DNA of 54,185 nt, counting the filler, from Streblomastix strix (lineage: Eukaryota), in the NCBI GenBank assembly GCA_008636045.1. It is 2 parts of 2 records of this genome, joined end to end, with 100 filler letters (N's around TTAATTAATTAA, not from the genome) between each part and the next. Parts side by side here need not be neighbours in the genome. Positions count along the whole stretch, not along the records: positions 1 to 27,095 come from SNRW01000151.1; 1 more part is not named here. One strand, given 5' to 3'. The notes beneath the pieces are model-generated. The model worked only from the letters and a program-made list of their open reading frames with translations, made no database searches and was not told the DNA's origin. Every line of letters begins with the position of its first letter. Within the stretch, counting starts at the first letter, position 1. Both the position numbers and the translations under genes were made by a program. Positions 1 through 12,300 of the stretch are shown piece after piece.

Positions 1-1600
1 TCAAGATCTAGAGGTTATTCGAGATCGAGAGACTACAAAGGTACAAGAGAGACTAGAATCAACATCGATGGAAACTAGAACGGATATGAAACCAGAGACG
101 AACTGAGAGGTAGAGTACGAGGAACTTTAGAGGTAGAGACTAGAACTACTAATGAAGAGGATAAAGTTACTAGGATAGAGATCAACAATATCAAGAAAAA
201 ATTAGAGAAGCATAAAAGTACAGTCCATTTACAAAAAAAGACTTCAATAATATAAAGAATCCAATAAATAGGAATAGTGCACATTATTATGATAACAGAA
301 ATAGAGGAGAATGCTGAGCGATGATCCAAATGATGGGTGGACAATACGTACATAGATGGAAAAAGACTCAGCTGAGAAACATAATAATAGAGACTCATCC
401 TGGACAGAAAACGAGACTCTTCAACATCCAAATAGCAGTTCCACAACCCAAACAACTTGTTCATCTAACACAATGAATATATAATAGGAACAAGTACAAC
501 AAAAATAATTGACCCCAGTTCAAATACCAAGATAGAGAGGTAGAAAAGATGTAGCATCAAACTAAGATGACATCGATGAACATGAAATTTTACAAGAAAA
601 GCTAGCAGCATTGTAGAGGGAAAAATAGTAATAAGGAATATCTGAATCAGAAAACGACTGGTAACAAATAATTGAAGAAATAGACAATAATAATTCCCAA
701 ACACCCAAATAAGCTCAACAATAATAATAATAACAGATGAACTAATAATCAGTCTTTAGCTAAACAGCAAAATATTAAATACAATAAAAGACACCCAACA
801 CGAAAGCTCAATAGAAGATAGCTTCATCAATACAAAGAATGATAAGCACTGTAATAAATAAAGATAAACCAAGTAGTCATACGTAATAACCTGATACTTC
901 AACACAGAAAGCCACTCATAGAGCAGGAGATAAATAAAGATAAAAGAAAATAGAGAGAGAAATAAAAAGATTGTAAACTGGTCAATAATTTTAACAATAA
1001 GGAAATAATGATATCAACAACTTAAATGTTGATGTATCCGATATTCAGGGAACTGTTGGATAGCTAGTTGGTTTGTAACTGAGTTCTGATTATCAGAGCC
1101 CAAGCTTAAATTCTAGGCTTAGACTAAAAGACACGGGATAAATTCAAGCCAGGATAACGGAAAGAACAGATTCTTAAATAAATGAAAGCCGAGGGAAAAT
1201 GCTGAAGAAGAAGAAGAAGAAGAAGATGATGATGAATAAGTCGATGAAGAAGCATTAATCTAATCTAAAGACTATAGGGTTAATATAAACTCATACTTAC
1301 CAGTTTAAGAGAATCTGGGTATACAACCATAAAATAACCAGGGTTTAAATACCTTGGGTTAAATGAAAAAAGAAAAACCAGTCCCTGCTCCAGTTGGTGT
1401 ACAGGAGAAGCTTAAGAAAGGAAAAGGAAGCAAAAATATAATATCAACAGAAGACTTTAATGCATCTAACGAACCAAGCTAGGGCAACAATGACCAAACT
1501 TAAATTTATACAGCTTCCACAGTTCCAAAACCTAATGTTGCGTCTAAAAGAGGTAGGAAAATGCTGAATCAGTTTAATTCGAACCAAAAAACTCTTGTGA
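1..1600 (+). pseudogene. Degenerate low-complexity gag-like ORF region of the DIRS element
   Basis: A-rich, R/S/E/Q-rich broken frames (SRSRGYSRSRDY...) immediately upstream of RT; assigned by position only. Confidence 0.4.
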
Positions 1601-1624
1601 AGAGGATGAAAGGGAGTAGAACCC

Positions 1625-3240
1625 ATGATCGGGCAGGGACACTGCAACCAGGGGAGATCAGTGTTGAGATCTCCATTTGGAATAGACGAGATAAGCGCGC
1701 AGATGAAGACAGCTCCTAAGGAGAGTGAGGAAAGATTTGAAGAATTGATATATAAAGAAAAGGATAATGGATTGGGAGACAAAATTAAAAGATTTATAGA
1801 AGCATAGAAGCAGATCAGGAAAGAATATTTTATAAACGCTAGATTTTAACTTAGATTTAAAGATTAAAACAATTAATAAAGACTAAAAAAAAATAGAATG
1901 ATTATACCTTTTGAGGGATAAAAGAAGAGAAAGAAGTCTACCAGGAGATGCTGAAGGAAGAATTAGAAGAAGGAATAGTAATACCTATATAATAGAACAA
2001 AGTGAAATGGTTGAATCATACGTTTCTGATAAAGAACCAAATGGAACATGGAGAAAGATTCTAGATGCGAGCAAGTTAAATAAGGAAATAAAAAACATGC
2101 ACATCAAAATGCATTGTCTAGAAGATGTCTAATACCTAGCTAATTAGTAGGACTACTCAGCATCTCCCGACCTCAAATCAGCATTTCACCACTTCACTGT
2201 ATCTCCAAACTCAATGCAATACTTAGCATTTAATTTTAATAACAATAATTACGCATATAAAGCAACGCCTTTTGAGATTAAATATAACCCAATCATCTTT
2301 GCAGTAGCGATAGAATCACTTTTTAGACAAATAAGAATACATTCATAGGTCATAATACTTAATTACTGCGACGACATATTTTTAATCCATAAAAGCAAAT
2401 AAATGTTCAAAATATAAATAAAACAAATAATGAAGACACTGGAACAATTTGAATGGATAATATCAACAAAGAAGTGCGAAATTGAACCGAAATAAATAAT
2501 AACATTCATAGGATGGATATTGAACCTGATGGAAATAAGTACAAGTATGACGAAAAATAGAAAACTGAAAATGAAACAGGCATTGAAAGACTGGTGCAAC
2601 GCAATATATTAAAATAAATGCGGGAAGATAAGATAACTAGCTGCGCTGATAGGCAGATCAAATTTCCTTATACCTTAGATAAAGGAAGCGTTTCTGTATC
2701 TAGTGGAATTAGACAAAGCGAAGACACAAGCATTAAAATCAAAACTGTGCGACGAGACAATGATAGCGAACAAGAGAGCAATCAGAGAACAGAAATGTTG
2801 AATAAGGAGAATAAGGGATAACCAACCAGAGTCATTGATTAACAAAACAATAGCATGCATGTTAACAGCAGACGCACCACAGCAGGGTTTTGTAATTACT
2901 TTGATATACGAGAATCGAATAGAATTTATATTGCACGACTGTTGGATCGAGAAAAGAGTAGAAATGACAAACAGCGCCAAGGAAATCAAAGCTATCTACT
3001 ACGGACTATTCCGTTTTGAACAAGTCTTAAAGAAGAAACAAGATCATGCTATTTTGATATGTTCAGATAACACAACAGCAGTTTACAATATTGGAAAATG
3101 GAAAGCGAGGGAATCTCAGATAGAAAAAAAAGCCAGTGTTCTACCAAGTGAAAAGAATTCAATTATAAGTCGCGACAATTTACATCGCAGGAAAGCTGAA
3201 ATCAACGACAGATTCACTCTCGAGACTATGCAGATCAGGA
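1625..3240 (+). pseudogene. Reverse transcriptase + RNase H (DIRS type), frameshifted
   Basis: GDKIKRFIEA, KEPNGTWRKILDASKLN, DLKSAFHH, ILNYCDDIFL; RNase H motifs LTADAPQQGF, NSAKEIKAI, LICSDNTTAVY. Confidence 0.92.
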
Positions 3241-3249
3241 GACTACATA

Positions 3250-3680
3250 CTGTGGAACGGAATGATTTAAATGATTTGTAAGACATGGAATTACATACTA
3301 CAGACAGACATATTCGCAACGCAGCATAATAAACTAATCAACAACTATGTTACAGTGGATCTCAATGATCTGTGGAAACACTTCCATAACGCGTTTAACT
3401 ATAAATGGAGCAAAGTCAAACTATATATCCATCCACCAATACCAGTATTAAACAGAATGTTACAGAAAATGAAATAAGACAAAGCACATGGAATATTAAT
3501 AGCACTGATTTGGTCGGGACAATCATGATACATCAAACTGAACAATTTACCCACTAAATTTCTTTCCCTTGAATCATCATAGAGAATTCTAGAGAAATAA
3601 CAGAGAATGAAAGACAATAATCAAAAGCCTCCACCAGGCAATGAGGGCGCCTTCCTTCTGGACCTGTCGCAGATGTAGGG
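3250..3680 (+). pseudogene. DIRS-associated DNA N6-adenine methyltransferase-like domain
   Basis: QTDIFATQHNK...NAFNYKW...LYIHPPIPVLNRMLQK...GILIALIW matches the DLFA...N / Y-x-x-PP pattern of the MT domain downstream of DIRS1 RNase H. Confidence 0.75.
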
Positions 3681-4760
3681 AGAGACTTGCTAATGAGATG
3701 CATATTGATGAGTGGATTCTCTGAGGAAAGAGTCAATTTAGCATTCAAGGGACTAAAACTTAATACAGTTAAGAAAGATTTTTACTCCCTAGCATTATTA
3801 CAGGATTTGTTGTATATTGAAAGAAAAATAATTGAGGAAATGATGAAATGAGATGCAGAAGTAATACTAACAGAAGTAGTCGCTATCCATACAAGATAAA
3901 ACAATTCAGTCGCATCAGCAAAATCACACGAAGCTTGTTTAATAACAATGCTATTCCATATAAATAAACTGAACTTTGTAATATCTACTACATCGAAATT
4001 AATAAACAAGGCATTAGTTAACGTAACAATCATTCACAGATGATATTAGAATATTTGGAATATTTAAATACTATTCAACAATTGTAGATAATCAAAAAAA
4101 AAACAAACACTTAAACAACTTTGATCGGCAAGTTAAAATTGTTTCATTGTTGATGTCAATATGCAGCTATAGACCAAATGAAATAGCCGAAATAAGATTG
4201 AAATTCTCTAATGTTAACAAAACTAAGAATCAAGCATCACTAGGACAGGCTCCAAAACAAGCAAATGCGATAGAAACATATGAAGTATAAGAAACAGAAA
4301 ATGAAAAACAAAGAACAAAACTGGCAATATATGAATAGATTGATAGGTTACAGAAAAAATTTCCGAAAAGCACAGATTTTTTAAAGTGGTATAAAGTTTT
4401 AATAAACCAACAACTATAAAAGACATCAGTTTACAACTTACAAAATTATTATGAGAGTTGAAGATAGTAGGAACATCATCATATTCAATACGAGTCTCAG
4501 CAACAACAGAATTAGCAAAGCTAGGTATCCCTGAAAGAGATCTCGCTACCTTTATGCGTCTTTCATAAAACTCACGTACTGTCTAACAATACTATATCTT
4601 TGTATAATCAATAAGAGCAAATGACGTAGCTAGATAATTAACAAGTAATCCAGGCTATGATAATGAATGGGAAAACTAGGTATCTCAATAAAGAGATGCG
4701 GTAAGGAGATAAAAGAATAACCAATTATTATACTCGTCTCTCTTTGAGACAGGGTAATGA
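3600..4760 (+). pseudogene. Tyrosine recombinase (DIRS YR), degenerate
   Basis: LLMSICSYRPNEIAEI (catalytic R near 4171), YSIRVSATTELAKLG (HSxR box, 4482-4493), QQYYIF (catalytic Y near 4590); TGA at 4758-4760. Confidence 0.85.
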
Positions 4761-4793
4761 TTTACTATCCCCGTTTCTCATTATCTCACCTCT
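4757..4793. repeat. Internal complementary region: inverted repeat of 5604-5640 (34/37 match)
   Basis: atgatttactatccccgtttctcattatctcacctct vs reverse complement of 5604-5640 atgatttgctatccccgtatctccttatctcacctct. Confidence 0.9.
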
Positions 4794-5592
4794 GGCTCAC
4801 CAAAAATATGTATCCCAACCCGAGGTGAAATAGAAATAAGGAGAGAATTCACTAGATAACAGAAGGATCGAACAAGCAGAATGATGCTGAAAGGGGGCTA
4901 GAGCGCATGGAATGATAATGTAGAGATAAGGACATTACTCTGTCAAAGTTTGATAAGTTGGATATAACGGATTATCGATAAAGAGATGTTGTCAACGAGT
5001 TGCATCGACGAATATGAAGAAGAAATAGATTAGTGGGTGAAATTGAACCAATTCTTCAAGAATACTTAGGTGATTAATGAATGATCAACGCAACTAAATT
5101 TTTATTTTTAAAGTTTATCAGTTACTTTTATATTTATATAGTTACTACATGAGGTTTTTCTATGAGATCTTGTATTTCCTTTTCCTCATGAGAGCAGTTA
5201 AACCATTTATTTATCAATTTTATTGGGGTTTATAATCCTATTTATTTATTTTCCCCACGAGAGAAGTTTTTCTAACCAAATTTTTACTCTCGATTTAGGT
5301 TTTTCTAAAATTTTTATTAAATTTAAATTTATTTAACTGGGTTTTTTATTAATGATAATTAAAATTTTTCTCAGAGGGTTTTTATTTTATAATTTTTCTT
5401 ACTCTGATTCTTATATTTTTTATATCTTTTTGTTTTGCCTCGTTTTATTGAACTCTCTTTAAAGGGATTTGGAAGTAATTTTTATTATTTTTGTAAATTT
5501 GCTGTTTCTTTCTGAATTCTTTACCACATCAAATATGCAACACCATAGATCGGATGCTTGTTCGTGCACCGATCATATTGGAGCTACAACGA

Positions 5593-5640
5593 TATCTCAA
5601 TAAAGAGGTGAGATAAGGAGATACGGGGATAGCAAATCAT
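5593..5640. repeat. Probable 3' terminal segment of the DIRS element; diverged direct repeat of 4681-4728 and inverted repeat of 4757-4793
   Basis: tatctcaataaagaggtgagataaggagata (5593) vs tatctcaataaagagatgcggtaaggagata (4681). Confidence 0.8.
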
Positions 5641-6342
5641 AACGCCCAACTATATTATAAAGTGGGAACTAGTACGGGATGCCTATCAACAATAATGACA
5701 TTGTTATATATATTAGAGCCTAAATATATATTACCTTCTTCTAAATATTTATTAAGTTATTATTCTCTATTCAAAACAATTTATTTTCATTCATTAATAA
5801 ATACTTCACATATAGACAATCTATGTTTTGGCGAAATCAATTAGCATAATAATTTACAAATTATATTTCCATTTCTGTATTCAATTAACACTGCCAGATA
5901 TCAACAAAGTTATTTCAACATTTAAAATTGAACAATCCTTCTTATTTCTATATATATTTTTCTTCTTTTCAATTAATATAAAAAAATAACTATAAAGTAA
6001 TAAATAAAAGTCATAAATAAATAAATTAGATTTATTTGATAGAAAGATCTATATAACAAATAAAAAAACTTTTTAAAAAAAATTGAAAATTTGTAAATAA
6101 ATATGAAAATATAATAAGAAAATAATATGTTGATGGAAAGATATAATAAAGACTATCTTGTTAAAAGGTTTTTATAGAACAGAATTCTTTCAGTTTTAAT
6201 AAGTTATAATTTAAGAAAATAACATAAAGTATTTAGGATCAGAAGAATCATAGATAAAATAAAATAAAATAATATAAAAATTTTAATGTTGTAATTTAAA
6301 CCTATTCAATATTATATATTCTTTTATAATTTCAATTGTCAT

Positions 6343-9300
6343 TCAATCAATCATCAGATTTTTAAACTTTAATCTAAAAATTCTCTTCATTCGTTCAAAG
6401 AGATTTTTGTCTTACAAACTAGCATTGTCTGAATCTAAAAAGTGCGTATAACTATCGGGAACATATAGAATATCTATAGGTGCATCATTCTCTAATTCGA
6501 GTTCAGATTCTGGCGCTTTTCCAATCAAAAGAGCTGATAACTCTCTGTCGGTCTTACTAACATGATCAATAAGCCAGCTTGAGTAAAGCTTATTAATATA
6601 ATGAATATGAAAATATAAATATTGATAAATAAAACTTACAATATTAAATTTAATATACATTTCTTAATTTTAATTAAATTTAAATTAAAAATAATCATTA
6701 TTATTCAATATAAATATTTTACCTGAATTAATTTCTAAGCAAATGATGAAGGAATTGGTTTGTTTACTTTATGATTAGACTTCGCGATTTGAAGAGCTAT
6801 AGTTTATAATTTACGAACAAATGCTGCATGTTGAACCTAATGAATCTATAGATTCAAAAGATTATCAATATAATGTTAAAATTCAATTATTCTTTTAATT
6901 TTATTTGAATTTAATGAATTATGATAATTTATTTAATTTATTCTTACCTTTTTATGTGAATATGGAATTTTATATTTTATTATTAAATCTTCTTCCTCAG
7001 AGAGGGAATAAAATGTTTGTCGAACCTATTTTAAATATTGATAATTAATAAAATAAAATAAATAAAAATAAATTATAAAACTGTAAATTTATTTAATTTA
7101 GATAATTTTTGTATTAATTTGTATCTTGCAAACCACAATAGCCAACATTTTAATGATATTCTTATGCAACATTTATAGTTTTTGCTCATCAAAAGCAGCA
7201 GTTGCATCAAGCATAATTTTCTAATCCCCAGAACTCCCCAATGATTATCTGACGTTCTCCCTCTCCTTCTCAATTGCGTCAAGCATATCAAGAATAGCCA
7301 ATCCATCTGGATGCGGCTGAAGTTGCATGAAGCTCTTTATAAACTGATATTATTCATCGATATTCATAGTTCCGTCTATAGCTCTGCATAGACTTGCCAA
7401 TGTAACGAGTACTTTCTAATGTTTTATATCAAAACGAAGGCAGTCGCACGAATATTCTTCCTTCCATGCAGCGGCTCCTGTTTTGAATGTAAATGAAAAT
7501 GAATTAAGATTAAATTAAGATATTTTTCTCTTACCCATTCCAGTTCTATCACTTGCATCAGCTGCAGGATCCAAATCCCTCATTTTTGCAGATCCTTCTG
7601 CAACATGATATAATATCATCCTATTTAAATTGTTTATAAGATTATAAAAAATATAATAAATAATGAAGTTGTCTTGTCAAGTCTCTATTATTTTTCAAAG
7701 TATTTATATCATCAATTCAAAAATAATAAAATAGTGTATATATTTCTTTTACCTTTCTGGTAGCAAACAAAATAAATAGCCAAACAAGGTCGTTACTATT
7801 GATATAATAAAGAATGCAATCAATATTATACTCCAACTATTCATTACATTTGTTTAGTTCTCAACAATTGCTTCCCGATATGCTCTTCCACCTCCCTGAT
7901 TATTGTTATATATAGTAATGGAAGGAAAATATATTTCAGAATTAATCAATTTAGTCAATAAAAGTTATTCAATGTTAATTATATTATATTATTATTAATT
8001 CAAACTGACAAGTCATAGATCAAAAGAGTTGCTGTATCTTATACTGCAGTATTGTTTAGGCTTAATTATGTTCCATTCTATTTACCTTCAATTTCTCGAT
8101 ATTCTTCAATAATTAGTTTAATAGACTACATGTATAAAGAATACAGAGCTTCTAATCCATTGAATTTGCCATTGATCGAATAAACTCTATGTTGAATATC
8201 CTTATCACTAATAATGATTAGAATTATAAAAGTTCAAATATATTGTTGATAAATTATGTAATAATGATATATATTCAATAAAATATAAATTCAAACCCAT
8301 CTCTAAACTCAAATACTTCTGTTGGTTCATATTAAATGATTTATGTCTTAGATCCTTTCTGTATGGTTCTATCCAATTAAAAGTGTTTTAAATATATTAA
8401 ATAATAGAAATTTATTCAATTTATTATTTTTTATATTATATCTTTTTATTTATACCTTGGAGAATCAAGTTCATCAATTAATGAATCACCAGTTATTTAT
8501 TCTTAATCGTTCTTATTCTTTCCATATAATACAATTTAATTCAATTGGGTTGCAAATTAACTACTTCTTTCAAGCATCATAACTCTTGTACTTCTAAATT
8601 ATGTGAACTGACTCATATCATTCCATAAGCATGATGTTGATATCAAACATTAGAAATTGGGGAAAATACCTAAAATATCTTTTGGAGGAGGACGAATCAT
8701 GACTGATATGCATGTTTAGCATAAATTCAGAATTACATTTCGATATCCTGATAAAAATATCGCATTATTATACTCTATTCAAATATATAATATTAAAATG
8801 AATAATAAAAATAAAATAAAATTAATATTTGAAGAAATTTTTTATTTATATTATTTAAATAAAATTCATTAATTCTTATTTTATCACACGACTGATCATA
8901 AAAGTAGATATAATGGCCAAAACAGTGAACACCACTGGCATAACAATAACCATAGAAAATCCAACAATCATCCTGACATAAAAATTGGTTGGAATGTAAG
9001 ACGAAATTTTAAGAACTCTTTCAGTAAGCTCTTTTTCTTTATCAGCTTATTCATTATCTCTTTCATTTTATGTTGAATTTGATTTATCTTTTCCTTATTA
9101 TTCATTTCCTTTCTCTTTTCCATTTATATCTTAGTCTTTCTTCTTCTTCTTTTTCTTTTCTTACTTCTTTTTCTTCTCATCATCATCATCATCTTCATCA
9201 CTTTCTTCTTCTTCTTCATCATCATCATCAACTTCTTCATCTTCTTAATTTTTATCTTCTTAATCTTTATCTACTTTCTATTATTATATCTTCATCTGCA

Positions 9301-12300
9301 TTTACATCATATGCATAATTTATTGCTAAGTCATATTATTCATGTTCATGTTTCCTTTTACTCCTATATCAAACATTTCTTATTCTCCATTCTAATTATT
9401 ATTGTTATTATTCTCTTTTTCTATTTCTTTTTCCTTATTCAATTCATCTTCCACATCTTATAAATCAAGATCTTCATTATTTATTTCATTATCATTGTCT
9501 TAAACAGGTAATCCTTTCTAAATTTATGTCTAATTCATATCTGAAGTATTATCAATATCAGTTTCATTCATATCTTTATCAACATCATCCAATCTTTTCT
9601 TTAAAAGGAGATAATCATTCTTTGGAGTCTTGACAACTAACTTAAGGAAAATATTCTGACGTTCTTTTTTCAATTTATTTATTGTATACATGAATTGTCC
9701 CAAGTTGACAGAACAAGGAATGACCAGAGAAAGAATTCCCAAAACAGCTGAAATAGTAATTGATTGCATTTCACTCTAATTAGAATCAAGCGAATATTAT
9801 ATAGCAACTCTCTTAGCTGCTTCTACAGACAATATCGGAATATTTGTTCTTAAATAATATAACCAATTCTATTCTCTTACTTACATGTGGTCCCAGTATT
9901 TCTGTCCTATATCATACGCTATATTGGCAATGTTATTTATTAAGTCCATCTGAATTATTTGTTTATATTTAAATATTCATAATCAATTAAAATGTTAAGA
10001 AAAATTTAAACATAGTTCATAATTATTAATTTTTTCATTCTTTCTCTAACTTTACAAAATATTGAGAATAATTATTTAATATTTTCATACGAAGTTAACA
10101 GGTTCCTACCACATTTTATTAATATGAAATCCTGTTTCGTTCTTTCTAATATCTGTTAAGGTATGCAGTAAATCTTCGCGTTCAAACATAACAAACACAT
10201 TTTATGATTTTGTGATTAAATAAGCGGATTCCTACATATCGTTTAATAATTCAAAATATTCATGCATTATCTCTTTTATTGTTTGAAGCTGGGGAATAAA
10301 CATAACTCCTTGTTCCTATTCATTAATTATAAAATATCAACTTTATTTTGTTAATTAAATCATATTTTCATATATATTTTAATATTATCATTCTTTTTTC
10401 AAATAAATAATTTTATTATAATAAAAATTAAAATTCAAACATATAAAGGATCATTAATTGCTCTATAACGCAATTCAAGAAATTCAACGTATAGAAAAAT
10501 GCTAATGGATGTTACCATCATCTATATTATAAATAAATTAATGAAAATTAAATATAAAAATATTGTTAATTAATAAAACATACCGATGAACAATCATTCA
10601 TAGATTATACAGTGATTTTACAATTATTTGTGTCATTAATTGATAAAATAAATCTGTTTAAATAAATTAAAAGTAAAAATATAAATATTATGTAAATTAA
10701 TTGATTTTATGTTGATTCAATAATTAATATCATAATTTGATTACAAGAATAAATAATAAATATTTTAATGCAAACGATATAATCAAAACAGAAATGACCA
10801 TAATCATGCATCCAATAACAATCTGCAAGAATCCAGGAATTAAATTCTCTGAATTTTTAGTACTAATAACTTATTATGCTTTTGATTGTCTTTTCTTCTT
10901 TCTCTTTTTCGTTCCCTATGATCCAGATTTCTGACCTGAGCTTTATCCTGATTATGAACGAGCTCCAATTGACATCTTCTCTTTTTATTCTCCACTTTTG
11001 GTCCCATCTTATTATGCATTATCTTCTTCTATCGCTGTGGCTTCATTAAACATTTATAAAGCATTGTCATCATCTCTGTGAATGATTGTATATTACAAAA
11101 AATAAATATTGAATTATTAATTCTAAAGTAATAATTATTATTATATTATTATTTACAAATATTATATGCCTGTATATATCTCTCAGTAATGCACCATAAG
11201 CTCGAAGAAGTTAAACAGACCCTGGGTACTATTTCATAAGATCTTCAAGGATCTATCTACTTTCTCTTTCATATGTAATTGCCTTGTCAAAGAATGTCAT
11301 TATTCTTTCGAGATCTACGTGATCTCGAGTAAGTTGCGAATATGACTGATAAATAAATAATAAGAATATATAATAGAGAATTTAAATATAACATATAAAT
11401 AAAAATATTTAATATATATTTATTTTTAAATTATAATTCTTTTATATTAATTAATAAAAATGTTAATTACATTTGCAATCTATCTCTAAATATTGTACCT
11501 ATGTTAAATAAGCTTTACTAAATTCATGAGCTTTAGTTCCTTTGTCAAATCTTAACCTAAATGCAACACCAACTGAATTTGATCCACTTTTTGATGAACT
11601 TTCTCTTTCTAAATCATGTGTCTAATTAAATAAAAATATTTAATAAAATGGAAAATAAAGTATAAATAAATAATAGCATAGAATATAAAATTATATAATA
11701 TCAAAAATATATTAATGTGCAAACCATTGCATATACCATCCAGCGCTCTACAATGTTTGGGATGTTTTGCTTTGAAGATCGCAATGCCTCTCCCATCTTC
11801 ATTTTGTTCTTTGTGAATGAACAATGGTAGAGAGCAACTGTCATCCAAAAATGTGAATCATTCCCAAATTTCTTTGTTCCATATTGCAGTATTTATTCTG
11901 CTAATTGAATTGACTCGATCTTCTTTCTCAATTATTTGATACAAAGGAACTTAATAGCGTTCTCAATTCCAAATACTGTTTTATGTTTTCTTAGTTTCTT
12001 ACCTTGTTTCAATTGTGTGAGATCGTTAGATTAAATTGATTTTTAAATTGATCCAAACTAAATGTTTCTTTATTTATTTGATTATTAATTTGATTATATT
12101 TCATTTTAGGTTACAGGCTAGTAATTAAATTTATCTTTGCTTAATAATAGTTATTAAATGTTCTAATTCGTATCACTATATTATGATATAAATATTGGTG
12201 AATTTTAAGCTAAAGGTGAATTTGAATCAACCACAAATGATTATTATTATTATTATTCTTATTCTTCTTCTTCTTCTTATTATTAGTTTGATTCATTTTA

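Larger units (their letters stand above)
1..5640 (+). mobile_element. Decayed DIRS1-like tyrosine-recombinase retrotransposon (gag-like, RT, RNase H, methyltransferase-like, YR), 5' end cut by contig edge
   Basis: Domain order read with TAR=Gln: RT (YCDD at 2364-2375), RNase H, MT-like, YR; internal complementary repeat 4757-4793/5604-5640; several frameshifts and TGA stops. Confidence 0.9.

Noticed and set aside
5500..5720. Possible ribozyme or tRNA near the DIRS end (hairpin gatcgg...ccgatc at about 5548-5574)
   Set aside because: Only a single hairpin; no hammerhead/HDV core or cloverleaf recognised
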